Numbered from the stretch's first letter, positions 29,660 through 44,300 are shown. The stretch: DNA of 64,000 bases from Octopus vulgaris (GCA_951406725.2 OX597814.1:104346001-104410000), one strand, 5' to 3'. Notes: a model not told the origin generated them from the letters alone. Numbers and translations: made by a program.

Positions 29660-29850
29660 TACATGTGGTTTGTTGGCGAATTTTTTCCTCCGTTTTCTTT
29701 TTCTCTTGGACTTTCTTCTGTTTCCTGTTTCTGAAGAAGAGCTTTTCTTGAAACGTAAAACAACCTTTCTTTCCTTCCCTGAGCGTCTTTTAATACTTTG
29801 CATTTACAACGTCCTCGCGTTGCTTTTTCTTGTGTTTTTTTTTATCAATT
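29660..29850 (+). mobile_element. Short hammerhead-bearing repeat
   Basis: tgttt-ctgaaga-a-gag...ctt-gaaa-cgta-aaaca; acgtcctcgcgttg shared with 31860-32070. Confidence 0.7.
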
Positions 29851-29867
29851 ATCTATCTATCTATATC

Positions 29868-29962
<95 letters not shown>

Positions 29963-29963
29963 G

Positions 29964-30039
<76 letters not shown>

Positions 30040-30040
<1 letters not shown>

Positions 30041-30980
30041 TATTTAATACTTTTATGCCTTTCAGCCCAAAGGCTCTGGCCCTGCTGGGTCACCGCCAAT
30101 GTAATCACATTTTCAATGGCCATTCTTATGCAATTGTCTTTTGGTGAAAGAAGGATTTCGACATTGCTGCCCTCGTTTGAGTTTCTTGCCGTAATCTGGT
30201 AACTTGAACAACAGGCGGTCAAGTTGTTTCTTGAAAACATCTACCCCTATTCCATGAAGATCCCTCAGACGTTTTGGCAAGGTATGAAGTGGCTGTAGGC
30301 TCTTGAATCCCAAACTATTGCAGTGCATGGTCCTCATCCGAGATGAGATTGCTAGCATCTTTGGAACAATGCAGTGACGTACAGTTCGGAGGCTGATAGC
30401 TCTCGATCAAAAAAGTGTGGTGCCAGCCCTTCCAGGATCTTCCATACATATATCACTATATACCTCGCCCGTCTTCGCTCCTGGGAGTATAGTCGTAGCT
30501 CTTTCTGTCAGCAGCTCAGCTGTTCCAATGATGCAATATTCCTGGTGTAGTACCACTGAAATGCTTCAAGTTCTGCTTTAGTTTGTTACTATGAGCTGAC
30601 CAGAGTTGAGAGCAATGGTTTAGATAGCTGAGTACAAACGTCCTCCATAGAACCAGCATAGTTTCCTGGTCCTTTGTTCTGAAGTTTCTCAGAACCTACC
30701 CAGTTATTTGCCTGCACATTGCCACCACCTTCGTGAAATTTACGTGAAACGAGGTATTATTGCTCATATCAATCCCAAGATCACACACTATACTTGTCAG
30801 TGGGATCGCCGCTCCTTTTGGTCCAGACTATCGTTGTTGCGGCTTCTGAGCGTTGGCTAGTTGAGAGCGGAGAGTTTGAGATTTCTCTGCATTAAACTGC
30901 ATGTTGCTTTCTTCAGCTCATTTATATATGGCACCTAGGTCTTTCTATAGCAGATTGGCATCGGAAGATTTCTTGATTGC
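30040..30980 (-). mobile_element. CR1/L2-group LINE ORF2 3' fragment
   Basis: MQFNAEK, DLGIDMSNN, VLRNFRTKD, VLWRTFVLSYLNHCSQLWS, YMYGRSWKG region, DVFKKQLDRLLFKLPD; broken frames. Confidence 0.75.
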
Positions 30981-31214
30981 TTGTACTACTTTTGTATTTT
31001 AAGAAGTCATGCAACCACTCTTAACCACCCTCCTAGTTTTCCGATTATGCCGAGTTTCCGTGTACACACACAGACACACAGACACACACACACACACACA
31101 CAGACAGACAGACAGACAGACAGACACACACACACAAACATCAGGGACGTGCCGCCTAGTTAGGCAAGGTAGGTACTGCCTACTTTGAATAAAATAGATC
31201 GATAGCAGCATTTT

Positions 31215-31407
31215 CTTTTATAGGAAATTGGAGCTGAGTGTCCAGTAGAACTGTTACAAACGGTTTGCCTCCTTGGCACGGCCATAATAATCAGTAAAGT
31301 ATTGGATAGCTGAAAAGAATGGATAGCATGGTACTGTAGGCTGCAGGTAGTAAGCCAGCTACGCATGTAAAACTCCAGGAGCTCCAACAAAACTTGTGAT
31401 AAAGAGA

Positions 31408-31408
<1 letters not shown>
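31215..31408 (+). mobile_element. 5'-truncated R4/Dong-like LINE 3' end
   Basis: EIGAECPVELLQTVCLLGTAIIISKVLDS*, then a 3' UTR running into (TAA)n at 31408-31478. Confidence 0.7.
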
Positions 31409-31479
<71 letters not shown>

Positions 31480-31823
31480 CATCATCATCATCATAAATGT
31501 TACATGTATGCAGCCAGTGTCCAATCAATATCTTTTGCATTCCTCCGCCGAGGTTGACTTTGCCTTTCATCCTTTCGGGTTCGATAAGTCAAGTACCAGT
31601 TGCGTACTGGGCCCCTCCCCGCCAAAATTTCGGGCCTCGTGTAGGAAAGAATATTTTTTGCGTTCCATGTAAATATTTATACCAAGCCCAATTGTGTTCA
31701 TCTTCATTGCTGACTCCATATCAGCTCGATTTGTATTTCTCTTATAGCCACTCTAGATACTGTGGGCCTTGATACCTCATCAGAGGTTGCCGATATAGAA
31801 TCAAATATGGTGACATATCTATA

Positions 31824-31859
<36 letters not shown>

Positions 31860-32070
31860 ATGTGACTGCATGTGTATCGTTGGCGATTTTTTCCTCCTTC
31901 TTCCCTTCCTTCGATCTTTCCTTTTTCTATGTTTCTGACGAAGAGCTCCGCTCGAAACGTTAAATACTCCCTCTTTCTTTCCTTTCCTGAGCATCCAGTA
32001 ACACTATACTTGTTCCACGTCCTCGCGTTGTTGTGTTTTCTCTTTGTGTTTTCATGTTTGGTTTAACTAT
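31860..32070 (+). mobile_element. Short hammerhead-bearing repeat between (TA)n tracts
   Basis: Close match to 56297-56502; 3' part also inverted at 57465-57540. Confidence 0.8.
31930..31966 (+). ncRNA. Minimal type I hammerhead ribozyme motif
   Basis: Stem I tgttt/aaata, core CTGACGA(+A), stem II gagc-tcc-gctc, GAAA, palindromic ACGT stem III, GUU cleavage triplet. Confidence 0.6.
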
Positions 32071-32544
32071 ATATATATCAGGAAGGTATTGTTTGTAAAA
32101 ACAAAGTGCTCTCATATGTCTGTGTCTGTTACATAAAGCGGTGGTTAAAATCAGTAGATATATATTCTGTGGTACCGTGTAACATTGAAATAAATGATGG
32201 TTGACACACCAATAATATTAAACAGATCAATGACCTCAATCACACATTTGGTGATGATAACCCTAACCCGCCCACCCTGTTTTGCTATATCACATGTAGA
32301 GGGAGACAGTGAGCCACAAATATTACACGAAATAAAGATATGTAAGGTTTCTCAAAAGCGGAATATGAATGTTGAAAAGATATTTCTGAATCCGTTACTG
32401 TCATCATAATTAACTCTTGCGATAATTAACGTCTTGTGATGCTTGATTCAGTCAATTTCTTTGTTCACCAATGTGCAATATATTTTTAACCTTAATCCAT
32501 ATTTATTCGCGTGAACCTTCATCTCTCTCTCTCTTTCTCTCTCA

Positions 32545-32587
<43 letters not shown>

Positions 32588-32880
32588 GTATATATATATA
32601 TATATATATATGTACATATATGTGTGTGAGTATGCATGTATATGTATGAATGGAATATATATATATATATATATATATATGAATATATATCTTATGTTTG
32701 TTTATGATACGTATGTATAGATAATACAAGTGCATATATAATGTATATACAATATATTTGTATACATATTTATACATAATATTTATATGCTTGCATACGC
32801 ATACATACATATATACATGCTCACACAAAATATATACATATACGTACATGTATATATGTGTGCGCATGTCTGAGTATGGT

Positions 32881-32920
<40 letters not shown>

Positions 32921-34012
32921 GTGTGTGTATGTGTGTGTGTGTGAGCGTGTTTTCTCGATTTTTGTTTTCCTTCTTACATTCTCTACACAATATTGAAATA
33001 TCTGATATTCATTTTGGCTCTAATCTAATTTCATCATTTATTTTCGCTTGTGACTTTCGCATATTTATTCATAATAAAAAAAAAGAACAAAAACAACTGC
33101 AGTCTTCGCACGAGAATCTTTCATTCTCTTACATCATTCTTCATCTTTCTACATTCTCATGCGTAACTCAACTTTTATATTTTTCCCCCCAATGCTTTTC
33201 AATTACCTTTTACCTATAATAGCTTCCTAATACATATTAATTGAACTATTTATTTTCCACATGCATTCTACTTTTCCGGGTGTCTTGACAGCTCATTAAC
33301 TTACTCCCCAGGTGTCGCCACCCTATAAGGACATGATACAAAATTTCCTCCGTTGAAATTTCGACATTTTCCTCCCCAACGTATTAATTAATAATATAAA
33401 GCAACAATTATTTTTTGCCCAAATATCTCTAGAATGCAATGTCTTCTTCTATTCAACTGTATTATCCTGCTACCCTCACACACATAACTGACTTTATACA
33501 TACACCATCAGCAATACAAATGCAGTATGAGTAATACCCGGTATACTTCATCTTCGATATAGAAGGACTCTGGTGGTCAATGTTGACCATGAATGAACAC
33601 GTGTGCAGCAGAACTGGACAAGATTTCTTGAAGAGCAAACAATTGTCCATGCATATTTGACACAAATGCTTATTTGAAGGGAAACACCATCAACATGGGC
33701 CCATGTTTTCACTTGTTTGAAGCTGAAATGGACACCAAGCGGACAGCTGCACCCGAGCCTCTTTCATTTCTGCAAATCCACTGCCTAGGATTGGCACATT
33801 TTTATCGATTCCGAATGGATTAAAGGTGAAGTAGGCCTCAGTGGGATTTGGACTCAGTTTGCAGAGGTTCAGAACAAATCCAGCGAGATATTCTATCCAA
33901 AACTTTCTCTTATTATTCTGAAACTTGAATAAGTCTTTTAATTATTCAATTATGATAAATACCTTGCACTCTACTGGGTCGTAATTTAGCATTGAGGCAT
34001 TATGTTCCAGCG

Positions 34013-34013
<1 letters not shown>

Positions 34014-34092
<79 letters not shown>
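34014..34092. repeat. (CA)n microsatellite
   Basis: Direct reading. Confidence 0.95.
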
Positions 34093-34096
<4 letters not shown>

Positions 34097-34294
34097 TCTT
34101 ATGGTTATTATTACAGGAATAACTGTAAGTATTTACTGATAACAGGATTCAGTACACTTAAGTTAATATCGAGGAAGTTGTCCCATTGCTACAACAAAAA
34201 CCATGCAATGGTCTACGTAGCAGTCCGCCTTCATTTAAATCACATGACCTCGTATATCCAATGGTAACTGATCTCACCGGTATTCAATTGGGAA

Positions 34295-34485
34295 AGGCGG
34301 CGAGTTGGCAGAGACGTATTTCGTCTGCCGTAACGTTCTGAGTTCAAATTCCGCCGGGCTCGACTTTGCCTTTCATCCATTCGGGGTCGATAAATTAAGT
34401 ACCAGTTACGCACTGGGGTCGATATAATCGACTTAATCCGTTTGTCCTCTCTATGTTTAGCCCCTTGTGGGTAGTAAAGTAGGTA
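34295..34485 (+). mobile_element. SINE family 2 with internal deletion in the head
   Basis: ggcggcgagttggcaga joined directly to cgtatttcgtctgccg; intact core. Confidence 0.85.
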
Positions 34486-35649
34486 TTCAGTTGGAGGCCA
34501 TCTTTGAAGCCCAATGAAGCCAACACTAAGTACTTCACAAGTATACGAAAACTTGAGCACGTTTCTGTGTATCCTTCACCTGTAACATCAAGATACAAAG
34601 ATATTCAACTGTGCCTTGATAGATAATGAAAAAAAGAAAAAAAAAGAAAAAAAAGAAGAAATACCGACGTGAAATACACAACGTCTAGAAGATTCGAAAC
34701 GTCACTCTATAGTTTATAGCATAAAGTATTACAGATGATGTGTGAATAAAAATATGTATGTGAAAATATAATACATATCACTAAACTTTAGCTAGATTTG
34801 AACTTCCAGCCAATTCTGCAATAAATAAAGACTCTTACCTCGGCCGAAAAGGAAAAGCAAAGTAAAAGAATTTTACTGGATTGAAACAGTGGGAAAACAA
34901 TCTGTTGTCACGAAAAATGGTATCGAAAAAAAAAAAAAGGAAATTAATACTTCTTTATCTATTTATCTATATCTTCACACATATACCTTCGTACACAGAC
35001 ATATACACTCATACACACACGAATATAGATAAAAAAAATACATGCATATACATGTATATACATAAATACATGCGCACACATATATGTGTATACACATTAT
35101 ACACACATGGATGTATACATGTACATATGAATGTATATTGATATCTATATTTCTCTTTCTCTCTCTCTCTATATATATATATAGATATATATATATCTAC
35201 ACACATACATACCTGTATATATTATACCTACTAATGAAAATAAGCCTGTCATATACACACGCAGATATCTATCTATCTGAATGCACACACGCACACACGT
35301 ATATGCACATTATATATGTGTAGGTTAAATGTGTTTTTATACATGCATACCTACATATATGTATATATACATATATGTACATATATATGAGTGTGTAGGT
35401 ATGTACATATGTGTACCTGTATATATATATATATGTATATGTGTATATGTATATATATACATATATATGTATATATGTATATGTATATATACATATATAT
35501 GTATATGTGTATATGTATATATATACATATATATGTATATGTGTATATGTATATATACATATATATATATACATATATATAAGTTAACTTAACTATATAT
35601 ATGTATATATGTATATATACATATATATGTATATATGTATATATGTATA

Positions 35650-35682
<33 letters not shown>

Positions 35683-36040
35683 GTACACACACACACACAT
35701 ATAAACACACACGCACACATATGTGTAGTAGACGGCCATCTTTTACAACATACTCAATATGGTCATATTTCATCTTGATAGGAATTAGACGCTGATTTTA
35801 TTGTTTTCAGTTGTGAATATCACAGAGTCGTCGTAGTTGTATTAGTGGTAGTCGTATGAATAGTGATGGTGGTGGTGGTGGTGGTTGTATTAGTAGGAGT
35901 TGTAGAAGCACCCCCACCCCTCCGAAAAAAGGAAAAAAGAAGTGAAACTGCAATTCTATCAAGTGTTTAGCCGATCTCCTCTAACTGAATGTCTTCAATT
36001 CATTTCTTTCTTTCTGTCTTTCTTTCTCTCTTTCTTTTTT

Positions 36041-36072
<32 letters not shown>

Positions 36073-36161
36073 TTTTTCTTTCTTTCTTTCTTTCTTTCTT
36101 TCTTTCGTTTCAAATGTCGACGTTTATATATACACACACACACACATATATGTATGTGTGC

Positions 36162-36203
<42 letters not shown>

Positions 36204-36295
36204 ACACGCACACATACATATATGTGTGTGTATGTGTAAGTGTGCTTGCATATGTATGTCTAGATGATATACAGACTATGTAAAATACACACACC

Positions 36296-36327
<32 letters not shown>

Positions 36328-36700
36328 TACATGCACACACATTATGTGCATGTGATTCCTGAAGCATCCATAAGTATATTTACACACGTAAACACATACA
36401 CACTTACAACCGTGCATGCACATACACACACACACGTACGCATACACACACATTGCACGCACACACACCTCATATTCTTCGAGAATGGCTTTCTTGTAAG
36501 CAAAACCATTGCAGAACAATCGTCAACAATGGCCATGTCTGTGAATATAGCAGATGGATGACTTGTGGAGATGAAGTATTCCGATATTATGATCTTAGCA
36601 ACTCCAACCGAACATAAATGCAATCATTGACACAGATACTATATACACCCTCTCTCTATCCTTCCCTCCCACCCATTTCTCTTTCCCTATGTATATTTGG

Positions 36701-36854
<154 letters not shown>

Positions 36855-36909
36855 GTATACATTCACTCATATGTACATATTTTTACATATATTCATTGAT
36901 GCATAATAT

Positions 36910-36971
<62 letters not shown>

Positions 36972-37265
36972 GTACATGTACCCGCGCGTATATGTGCATT
37001 ATCATATGTATAAAAGACACACACACACACACGAATACGCATATATGCACATTCACATATTCATGTTCATATATGCAGGTATATGTACGTATGTGTGTAT
37101 ATATGCATGTTTATGCAGGTGTGTGCGTTATGCATTCTCTAATTTATACTTACATATCGCGTATTATCCGTATGTATATTGACATTGACGTGTATATAAT
37201 AGCCAAACGTGTAACTCTCTAAACGTACGCACATACTGCAAATACGCAGAATAATGAACACAAAC

Positions 37266-37306
<41 letters not shown>

Positions 37307-37343
37307 CATACATACACACACACACATGTATATATATATGTAA

Positions 37344-37374
<31 letters not shown>

Positions 37375-37398
37375 CATGAATACGTTTGTGTATGTACG

Positions 37399-37457
<59 letters not shown>

Positions 37458-38187
37458 GAATATATATATACATGCACACGTAGGTGTATATAAACACACA
37501 GCTATACACAGATGCGCACACAAACACTCCCAAACTCATACATACACACATATAGAAAACAAGAAAATAGCACAGAAGTCCTCGCCTCAAAAGAAACCTC
37601 ATGTCTCCTTCATCCATTTTCTGTCCCTTTTTTTTTATTTTTATTCCAGCCTCCTCCAAGATGTATTATTTAAATGACCGACCTTTAGTTTTGAAGAAAT
37701 AAAATAGATGTATCGATCTTTTCCTATATCCAGAGCTCTAGAATCAATAAATGTAAGAACAGAAAGAAAACGAAAACAAAGAAAACGAAAAGAACGCAAA
37801 ACTGCACAAAAAAAAAATAGGAAGAAAATATGTTTCGATATCAGAAAGAAGACAGAAAAAAGGAAAAGAAAAACGACAGAATAAAGATAGAATGTTGCCG
37901 AGAATGAATATCTTATTAGGAGTTAGAAACGGGATTCCTGGACTTGGGACTTAAGGGAGAGTTAGGGGCGACATTGAGAACCGTTTTATTTTGTGGGAAA
38001 TATTTCGTCGGAGTCGATGCTGTGAATGCCTCGTCGGCGTTGTTGGTGTTGTCGTTGTTGTTGTCGTTATTGTTGTTCACGTCGTCTACGTCGTTGTTAT
38101 TGTCACTGTTCTTGTTCTTCTTGTTGTTCTCGTTGTCTTTCTATTGTTGGTGCTGATGCTGCCGTCGCTATTATTGTTGTTGCTGTT

Positions 38188-38546
38188 GAGCGAAGCTGTC
38201 TCCATCCGTAGTGGGAGAAGTCCGAAACATGGTCCTTTGCTATTCGTAAGACCCGCAGAAGAGAAAGCAGGTCAACCCCGGACACCGAGAGCATCGACGG
38301 ATGGATGAATGCACATCCAGACTCAGCGGTTGCGTAGGAAGTCGGGGACAAAAAACAGGAAGAAAGAGTGAAAGAAAGTTGGAGCGAAAGAGTACAACAG
38401 GGGTCCCCACCACCCCCTGCCGGAGCCTCGTGGAGCTTTAGGTGTTTTCGCTCAATAAACACACACATCGCCCGGTCTGGAAATCGAAACCGCGATCCTC
38501 CGACCGCGAGTCCGCTGCCCTAACCACTGGGCCATTGCGCCTCCAC
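38188..38546 (-). mobile_element. tRNA-derived SINE, family 1
   Basis: A box tggcccagtgg, B box gtttcgatttcc; distinct tail ending in (AAC)-like repeats. Confidence 0.9.
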
Positions 38547-38562
38547 TTGTCGTTGTAATTGC

Positions 38563-38605
<43 letters not shown>

Positions 38606-39583
38606 CATGTTACAGTTATATTGTTATTGTTGTTCACGTCGTCTACGTCGTTGTTGTTATTGTCACTGTTGTTGTTGTTCTTCTTGTTGTCTTTCTATTG
38701 TTGGTGTTGATGCTGCCGTCGCTATTGTTGTTGTTGTTGCTACTTTTCAGCCCCAGGTCGGTTCTGATCGTGTAGGATTATGATCAAAAGTATTTCATAT
38801 ACGACCATCACTATCTCTTATTTAGAAGAATGATCCGGGAGAAATTACCCAGCGGCACCTTCTGCAGGAAAAAACAAAAAGCTAATTATGATCTAACATA
38901 CCCAATGTAGTGAAACCAACCGAGAGGGAACTAATAAGATCGAAACATGTCAAGAGTTCTCTCCCTTACTTACCAAACACCTCACTCCTCCACGACATAC
39001 TTCATCGTTAATCTTTTTGGATTTTATATTTATCCACCTTACCTTTCCTGATAAAAATTAATCACGAATGTTAATGAATGTATTTTTTCACTGCGTGTAT
39101 AATATTGAGTTATTAATTTATCAATTAATTAAAAAAAATTTCTTGGTTCACTCTCCACATGGCATATGTTAGTTTCCATCTAAACAATATCACTTTTGTT
39201 CAGTCGTACGCGTACCTAGGAATACATTACCAAATGAATTGGTAAAAGTTATGGGCAGAATTCGATGCCAATTCGGCTCTTATTGCAGCAGATCAAGGAA
39301 CCGTGTAGAAGTTCCTTGTGCCTTTCTTCTGTTTCGTCTGATGTTTCTTGTCGTTTTACAGTAATTTCCCCCCACTTTATTTCGTTTCAAGAATGGACTG
39401 TTTCTTGTAATAATCCTCGTCTTTTTCTTTCAGCAATTGGAAGTGAAACATTTTCTCTGTGACAAAGCTTATTCGTCTGTTGCTGATTTGCGATCGCCAG
39501 TTGTTTATCTCGCTTTTTGGGTTTCCCGTCTCACTCATTGCCTAACCGTCTTTCCTTCTACTAATTGCTCTGAATATTTTCAA

Positions 39584-39951
39584 AGCCTGCTCGGGAAATT
39601 AACGTGCAAGTGGTTGAGCACTCCACAGATACGTGTACTCTTCACGTAGTTCTCGGGGAGATTCAGCGTGACACAGTGTGACAAGGTGTGACACAGAGTA
39701 TGACAAGGTGTGACAAAGGGTCACACAGTGTGACCCTTTGAAATACAGGTACAACAGAAACAGGAAGAAAGAGTGAGAGAAAATTGTGGTGAAAGAGTAC
39801 AGCAGGGTTCGCCACCACCTCCTGCCGGAGCCGCGTGAACCTTTAGGTGTTTTCGCTCAATAAACACTCACAACGCCCCGTCTGGGAATCGAGACCGCGA
39901 TCCTATGACCGCGAGTCCGCTGCCCTAACCACTTGGCCATTGCGCCTCCAC
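39584..39951 (-). mobile_element. tRNA-derived SINE, family 1
   Basis: A box tggccaagtgg, B box gtctcgattcc; distinct tail. Confidence 0.9.
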
Positions 39952-40033
39952 GACGTACTCTACAGACCATAGAATTCCATGTCAGATAATGTCTGTGCTA
40001 TGTATAATATTGATTTGATATATTTTAAAAAGC

Positions 40034-40680
40034 AAGGCGGCGAGCTGGCAGAAACGTTAGCACGCCGGGCGAAATGCGTAGCCGTATTTCGTCTGCCGTT
40101 ACGTTCTGAGTTCAAATTCCGCCGAGGTCGACTTTGACTTTCATCCTTTCGCGGTCGATAAATTAAGTACCAGTTACGTACTGGGGTCGATGTAATCGAC
40201 TTAATCCGTTTGTCTGTCCTTGTTTGTCTCCTCTATGTTTAGCCCCTTGTGGGTAATAAAGAAACAGGTATTTCGTCTGTCTTTACGTTCTGAGTTCAAG
40301 TTCCGGCGAGGTCGACTTTGACTTTCATCCTTTCGGAGTCGATAAATTAAGTTCTAGTGAAAACACTGGGATCGATCTAATCGACTGGTCCCTCTCCCAG
40401 AATTTCGGGCCTTGTGCCTAGAGTAGAAAAGAATATATTTTTAAAAGCTTAAGGCGGTTAACTGGCAGAATCGTTAGCACGCACGGACACAACTGCTTAG
40501 CGGCATTTCGTCCGTCTTTACATTCTGAGTTCAAATTTCGCTGAGGTCGACTCTGCCTTTCATCTTTTCGGGGTCGATGAAATAAGTATCATTTACGCAC
40601 TGGGATCGATCTAATTGACCTATCGACCCATCAGCGCAATTAGTGGCTTTGTGCCAAATCTTGGTACTAATATACTTGAA
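40034..40680 (+). mobile_element. Family 2 SINE cluster (double-core element 40034-40433 plus older copy from 40452)
   Basis: Core present three times; atatattttaaaaagc / atatatttttaaaagc flank the first element as a TSD. Confidence 0.9.
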
Positions 40681-40724
40681 AACATTTACTTTATGATGTA
40701 CATGCACACATACACAAATAAACA

Positions 40725-40780
<56 letters not shown>

Positions 40781-40783
<3 letters not shown>

Positions 40784-41098
40784 TTTTACTTGTTCCAGTA
40801 ATTTGACTGCGGCTATGCTGGAGCACTGCCTTAAAGGGTTTTTAGTCGAAGAAATTGACTCCAGGACTAATTCTATGTAAGGCTAGTACATATTCTATCT
40901 CTTGCCGAACCACTTGATTACAGGGACGTAAACACACCAACATCGGTTGTCAAGCGATGGCGATGGGAGGCAAACGCAGACAGACAGACTCACACACACA
41001 CAAATATATATATACACGATAGGCTTCTTTCAGTTTCCGTCTACCAAATCCACTCACAAGGCTATATCGTAAAAGACATTTACCCAAGTTGCCACGCC
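40781..41098 (-). mobile_element. SINE family 3, 5'-truncated
   Basis: Matches 18115-18430 (atgctggagc, ggcttctttcagtttccgtc, caaatccact). Confidence 0.8.
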
Positions 41099-41111
41099 TA
41101 CACACACACTT

Positions 41112-41143
<32 letters not shown>

Positions 41144-41599
41144 TTTTAGACAATTTGATTCGGCTCCATACGACTTATAGTTTTGTACCCCAATCAAACT
41201 GTTTTAATTAATAATATATGGAACTCATACTAAATGAGATGAGTGCCTTTTGCTTTCGCCTGACCACTCACTCGAGTGTGGGTGTAAAAAATAAAGCCTC
41301 TTTTAAGAAAAGCAAAGATATATACATACAATTAGATGATTTGAGGTGGAATGTGAGGTATAAAAGTCATTATGATGAATCATTATAGAGATTCAGTCAC
41401 ACCGGTATCGTCAGAGCTGTTCACTGAATGAACACTGATTTCCAAACGGTGATGGGTCTTACATGCAAGGGAGATAAGCAGTTCTAGAAGTGATGCAATT
41501 AAGGTAGATAGAAATACTGGAATATGAATGGTGTATGGGATGTATGGAGATTAGTGGGATTATTGGTATTGGTAAGGTTAGTAGTGTCCTGTATTAAGT

Positions 41600-42060
41600 T
41601 GTGTGTTCATGTTGAGTTGTGGAAATTATTTATTAATGAAAGTTGCCTCTTTATTTAATCTTTGCTGTTCTGCGAACATTGATAAAAAGGGAAAACTAAG
41701 AAGTTCAGTTTAAGGTTCCTAGCACATCTATGTGCTCACTGACCTGTATCTATCTGTATTGTGGGTAGCGGATTTGTTCTTTGTGAAGAGTTGCTCTTCG
41801 TCGGAGTGACATTCCTGTTTGGCCTATATAGTGATTTCCGTACCCTAAGCAGGTAATAGCATAGATTAAGTTTTCAGAGACACAAGTGAAATATTTGATT
41901 TTATCTTAAATACGGTGGTGTTAACGGAGGTTTAACAACATCGTTGTGTACAAAAGCGAGAGTCCAAGAAGTAAAGCTTCCCTCAAGGTAGAGCTAGAAA
42001 TGCAATTGTCATGTAGGTAAGAGGTTTTAAACAGGAACGATATGTTCAAAATTGGTAAAA
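41600..42060 (-). mobile_element. Penelope-like GIY-YIG endonuclease fragment
   Basis: FTCVSENLIYAITCLGYGNHYIGQTGMSLRRRATLHKEQI; stops and frameshifts downstream. Confidence 0.85.
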
Positions 42061-42289
42061 CTAAAAATTTTCGAGGAAAAATTAAATTTATTATTGTTAC
42101 TGAATATGTTAGTAGTATTTAATTTCTGAACGGTTTTGCTGCCGTTTGTTTATGTAGTTTGATATTTTTTATCCAGCTTCTACTAAAATAGAGACGCGAG
42201 TAAAATTAATAATAGAAAAACGAAAATAAAATTTTGGAAACATCAACGCTGCCATAACTTATGTGGAAACCATGAGCGCGCTTTCAAGG

Positions 42290-42515
42290 GAGATAATCAG
42301 AGAAAGACTTCAAAGTGGACGTAAGATCGTAATACTTTATGTAAAGTAAATATAAAGAATAATCCTTGTCCGGTACCGGATCGATCCCAAAATCTAATCA
42401 GTTCGTGCCAGTAACGAGGCCAAACATCTCTGAAAGTTTTATCCGAATCCATCCATGGACAAACAAACACGACAGAAAACGATACCGTCACCTTCGCTAA
42501 GGCGGAGGTAATAAA
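42290..42515 (-). mobile_element. Helentron/Helitron2-like non-autonomous element
   Basis: Terminus ttattacctccgccttagcgaagg hairpin, (TTTG)-like tract, attagattttgggatcgatccgg layout. Confidence 0.5.
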
Positions 42516-43362
42516 AATAGAAATTATAATATATGTAAGATAAAAATAATAAATATAAATAAAATAAAGTAAACATTTAAATAAAGATAAAACCGTTATA
42601 AATATGAATGTTTATTGTCTGTTAATTTATGTGTGTGTGTGTGTATGGATGTTTATTGGTTTGTGTGTGTGTGTGTGTGTATGCATGTTAGTAAAAAGCT
42701 AATTAAATCAAATCAGTTTATTTATACATGCGTTTGTTTATATTTGTTTGAAAATAAAGGTCGATCTCTATAGTCATTTATTACAGCAAATAATTATATT
42801 TGTGTGTGTATGTACATGTATGTATAAATGAAAAGACACCATAATGTTAATAGTTAATATTAGATAGACATCAATATACATTATACGTAATGGTAAGATA
42901 ATAAAATATATAAGTATATTTATATTTGCTTGTGAATAATAATTTGAAAATAAAAGCTAACCATTATAGCCTTGAATTAAATAAGTATATTTATATTCGT
43001 GTGTATATTTATTTGAGAATAAAAACTAATCGTTAGTCATTCATTATTGTTTCTATGCTTATGTGTTTGTGAGTACATGTATTTATACATGCTTACGTTG
43101 AATGCATTTACGTGTAGTAAACACAAATAACTAAACGTGCTTTCATCACCTTAGCCTGTTGGAGCATCCCAACCGATCAACATGTAGCTTCCTTAATGTC
43201 CATTGGCCTTGATGATATTTTGCTCTAAATCTTCAAAATGCAAACTCATTTTATTCTATGTTTGTAATTTGTATTGAATTAAAATTGAAACACTTGTAGG
43301 CAATGTTAATTAATAAGTTGATTTATATCCATTAAATATCTCCATTTTCTTACTTACTTACT

Positions 43363-43418
<56 letters not shown>

Positions 43419-43443
43419 ATGATAATATATATATGTATATATG

Positions 43444-43496
<53 letters not shown>

Positions 43497-44250
43497 TTTG
43501 TATATATAAAAGCACGCAGACACACATATGCGCGTATATATTTTGTATTTATGTTTTGTGTGATTGTGTATATTTAGGATTGGTCATGCATACACATATA
43601 CAAAAATGCGCATATGCACACACACACACACAGATTGACGGACACACGTACATACACGCACACACAAAAACACACAGATATACACACACACACGATTCTT
43701 ATATACCTACTGCGTTCACTTCTACCAAGTTTTACAAACTTTTCCCTATTTTTTATTTCTTTATTTCTTTTTTCTATTTTTTGTTGTATCTCGGGAGGAT
43801 CATTTTGCCAATAATATACACACACACACTGGGTCAATTCCACGTCTTTTATGATTATTAGTCAATTAGTTAACCATTTAATCAATGACATGCCCTCTCT
43901 ACTCAGTCTACTCCAGGTCTGTCTTACAAACCAAATACAAAAAACAAATATTTTTCTATTCATATATTTATATAAAACAGTTATCCTCTACATAGATACA
44001 GATATATGTATGCTTGCATATATGCACGCGCGCATGCGCACAAGTTATTGTCTATTAATGTGTTTGTATGTATGTCTATGCGTATGTGTCTCCTGTAATG
44101 AATATCTGCTCATTCTTGCATGAATCGTTTGAACCTATATTCGCATATGCGAGCGCCTGTGTACTTGTCAGTTTTCTTCTATGCATGTGTGCGTCTGTGG
44201 TTCACCTAGTGCAAGTGTGCATTTGTAACGATTAAATAAGCCTCGCCCCC

Positions 44251-44300
<50 letters not shown>

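Noticed and set aside
33462-33665. Cys-rich 67-aa ORF (CQIC...)
   Set aside because: No valid zinc-finger spacing; lies downstream of a degenerate minus-strand SINE core at about 33790-33890
35410-35580. Regularly spaced repeats (also 7690-7950) suggestive of an array
   Set aside because: TA/TG microsatellite-derived minisatellite units with no unique spacers; not CRISPR-like
36469-36538. Minus-strand frame HGHC*RLFCNGFAYKKAILEEYE as a selenocysteine (Cys-TGA) exon
   Set aside because: Matches no selenoprotein motif I recognise, no SECIS identified, and another frame is fully open
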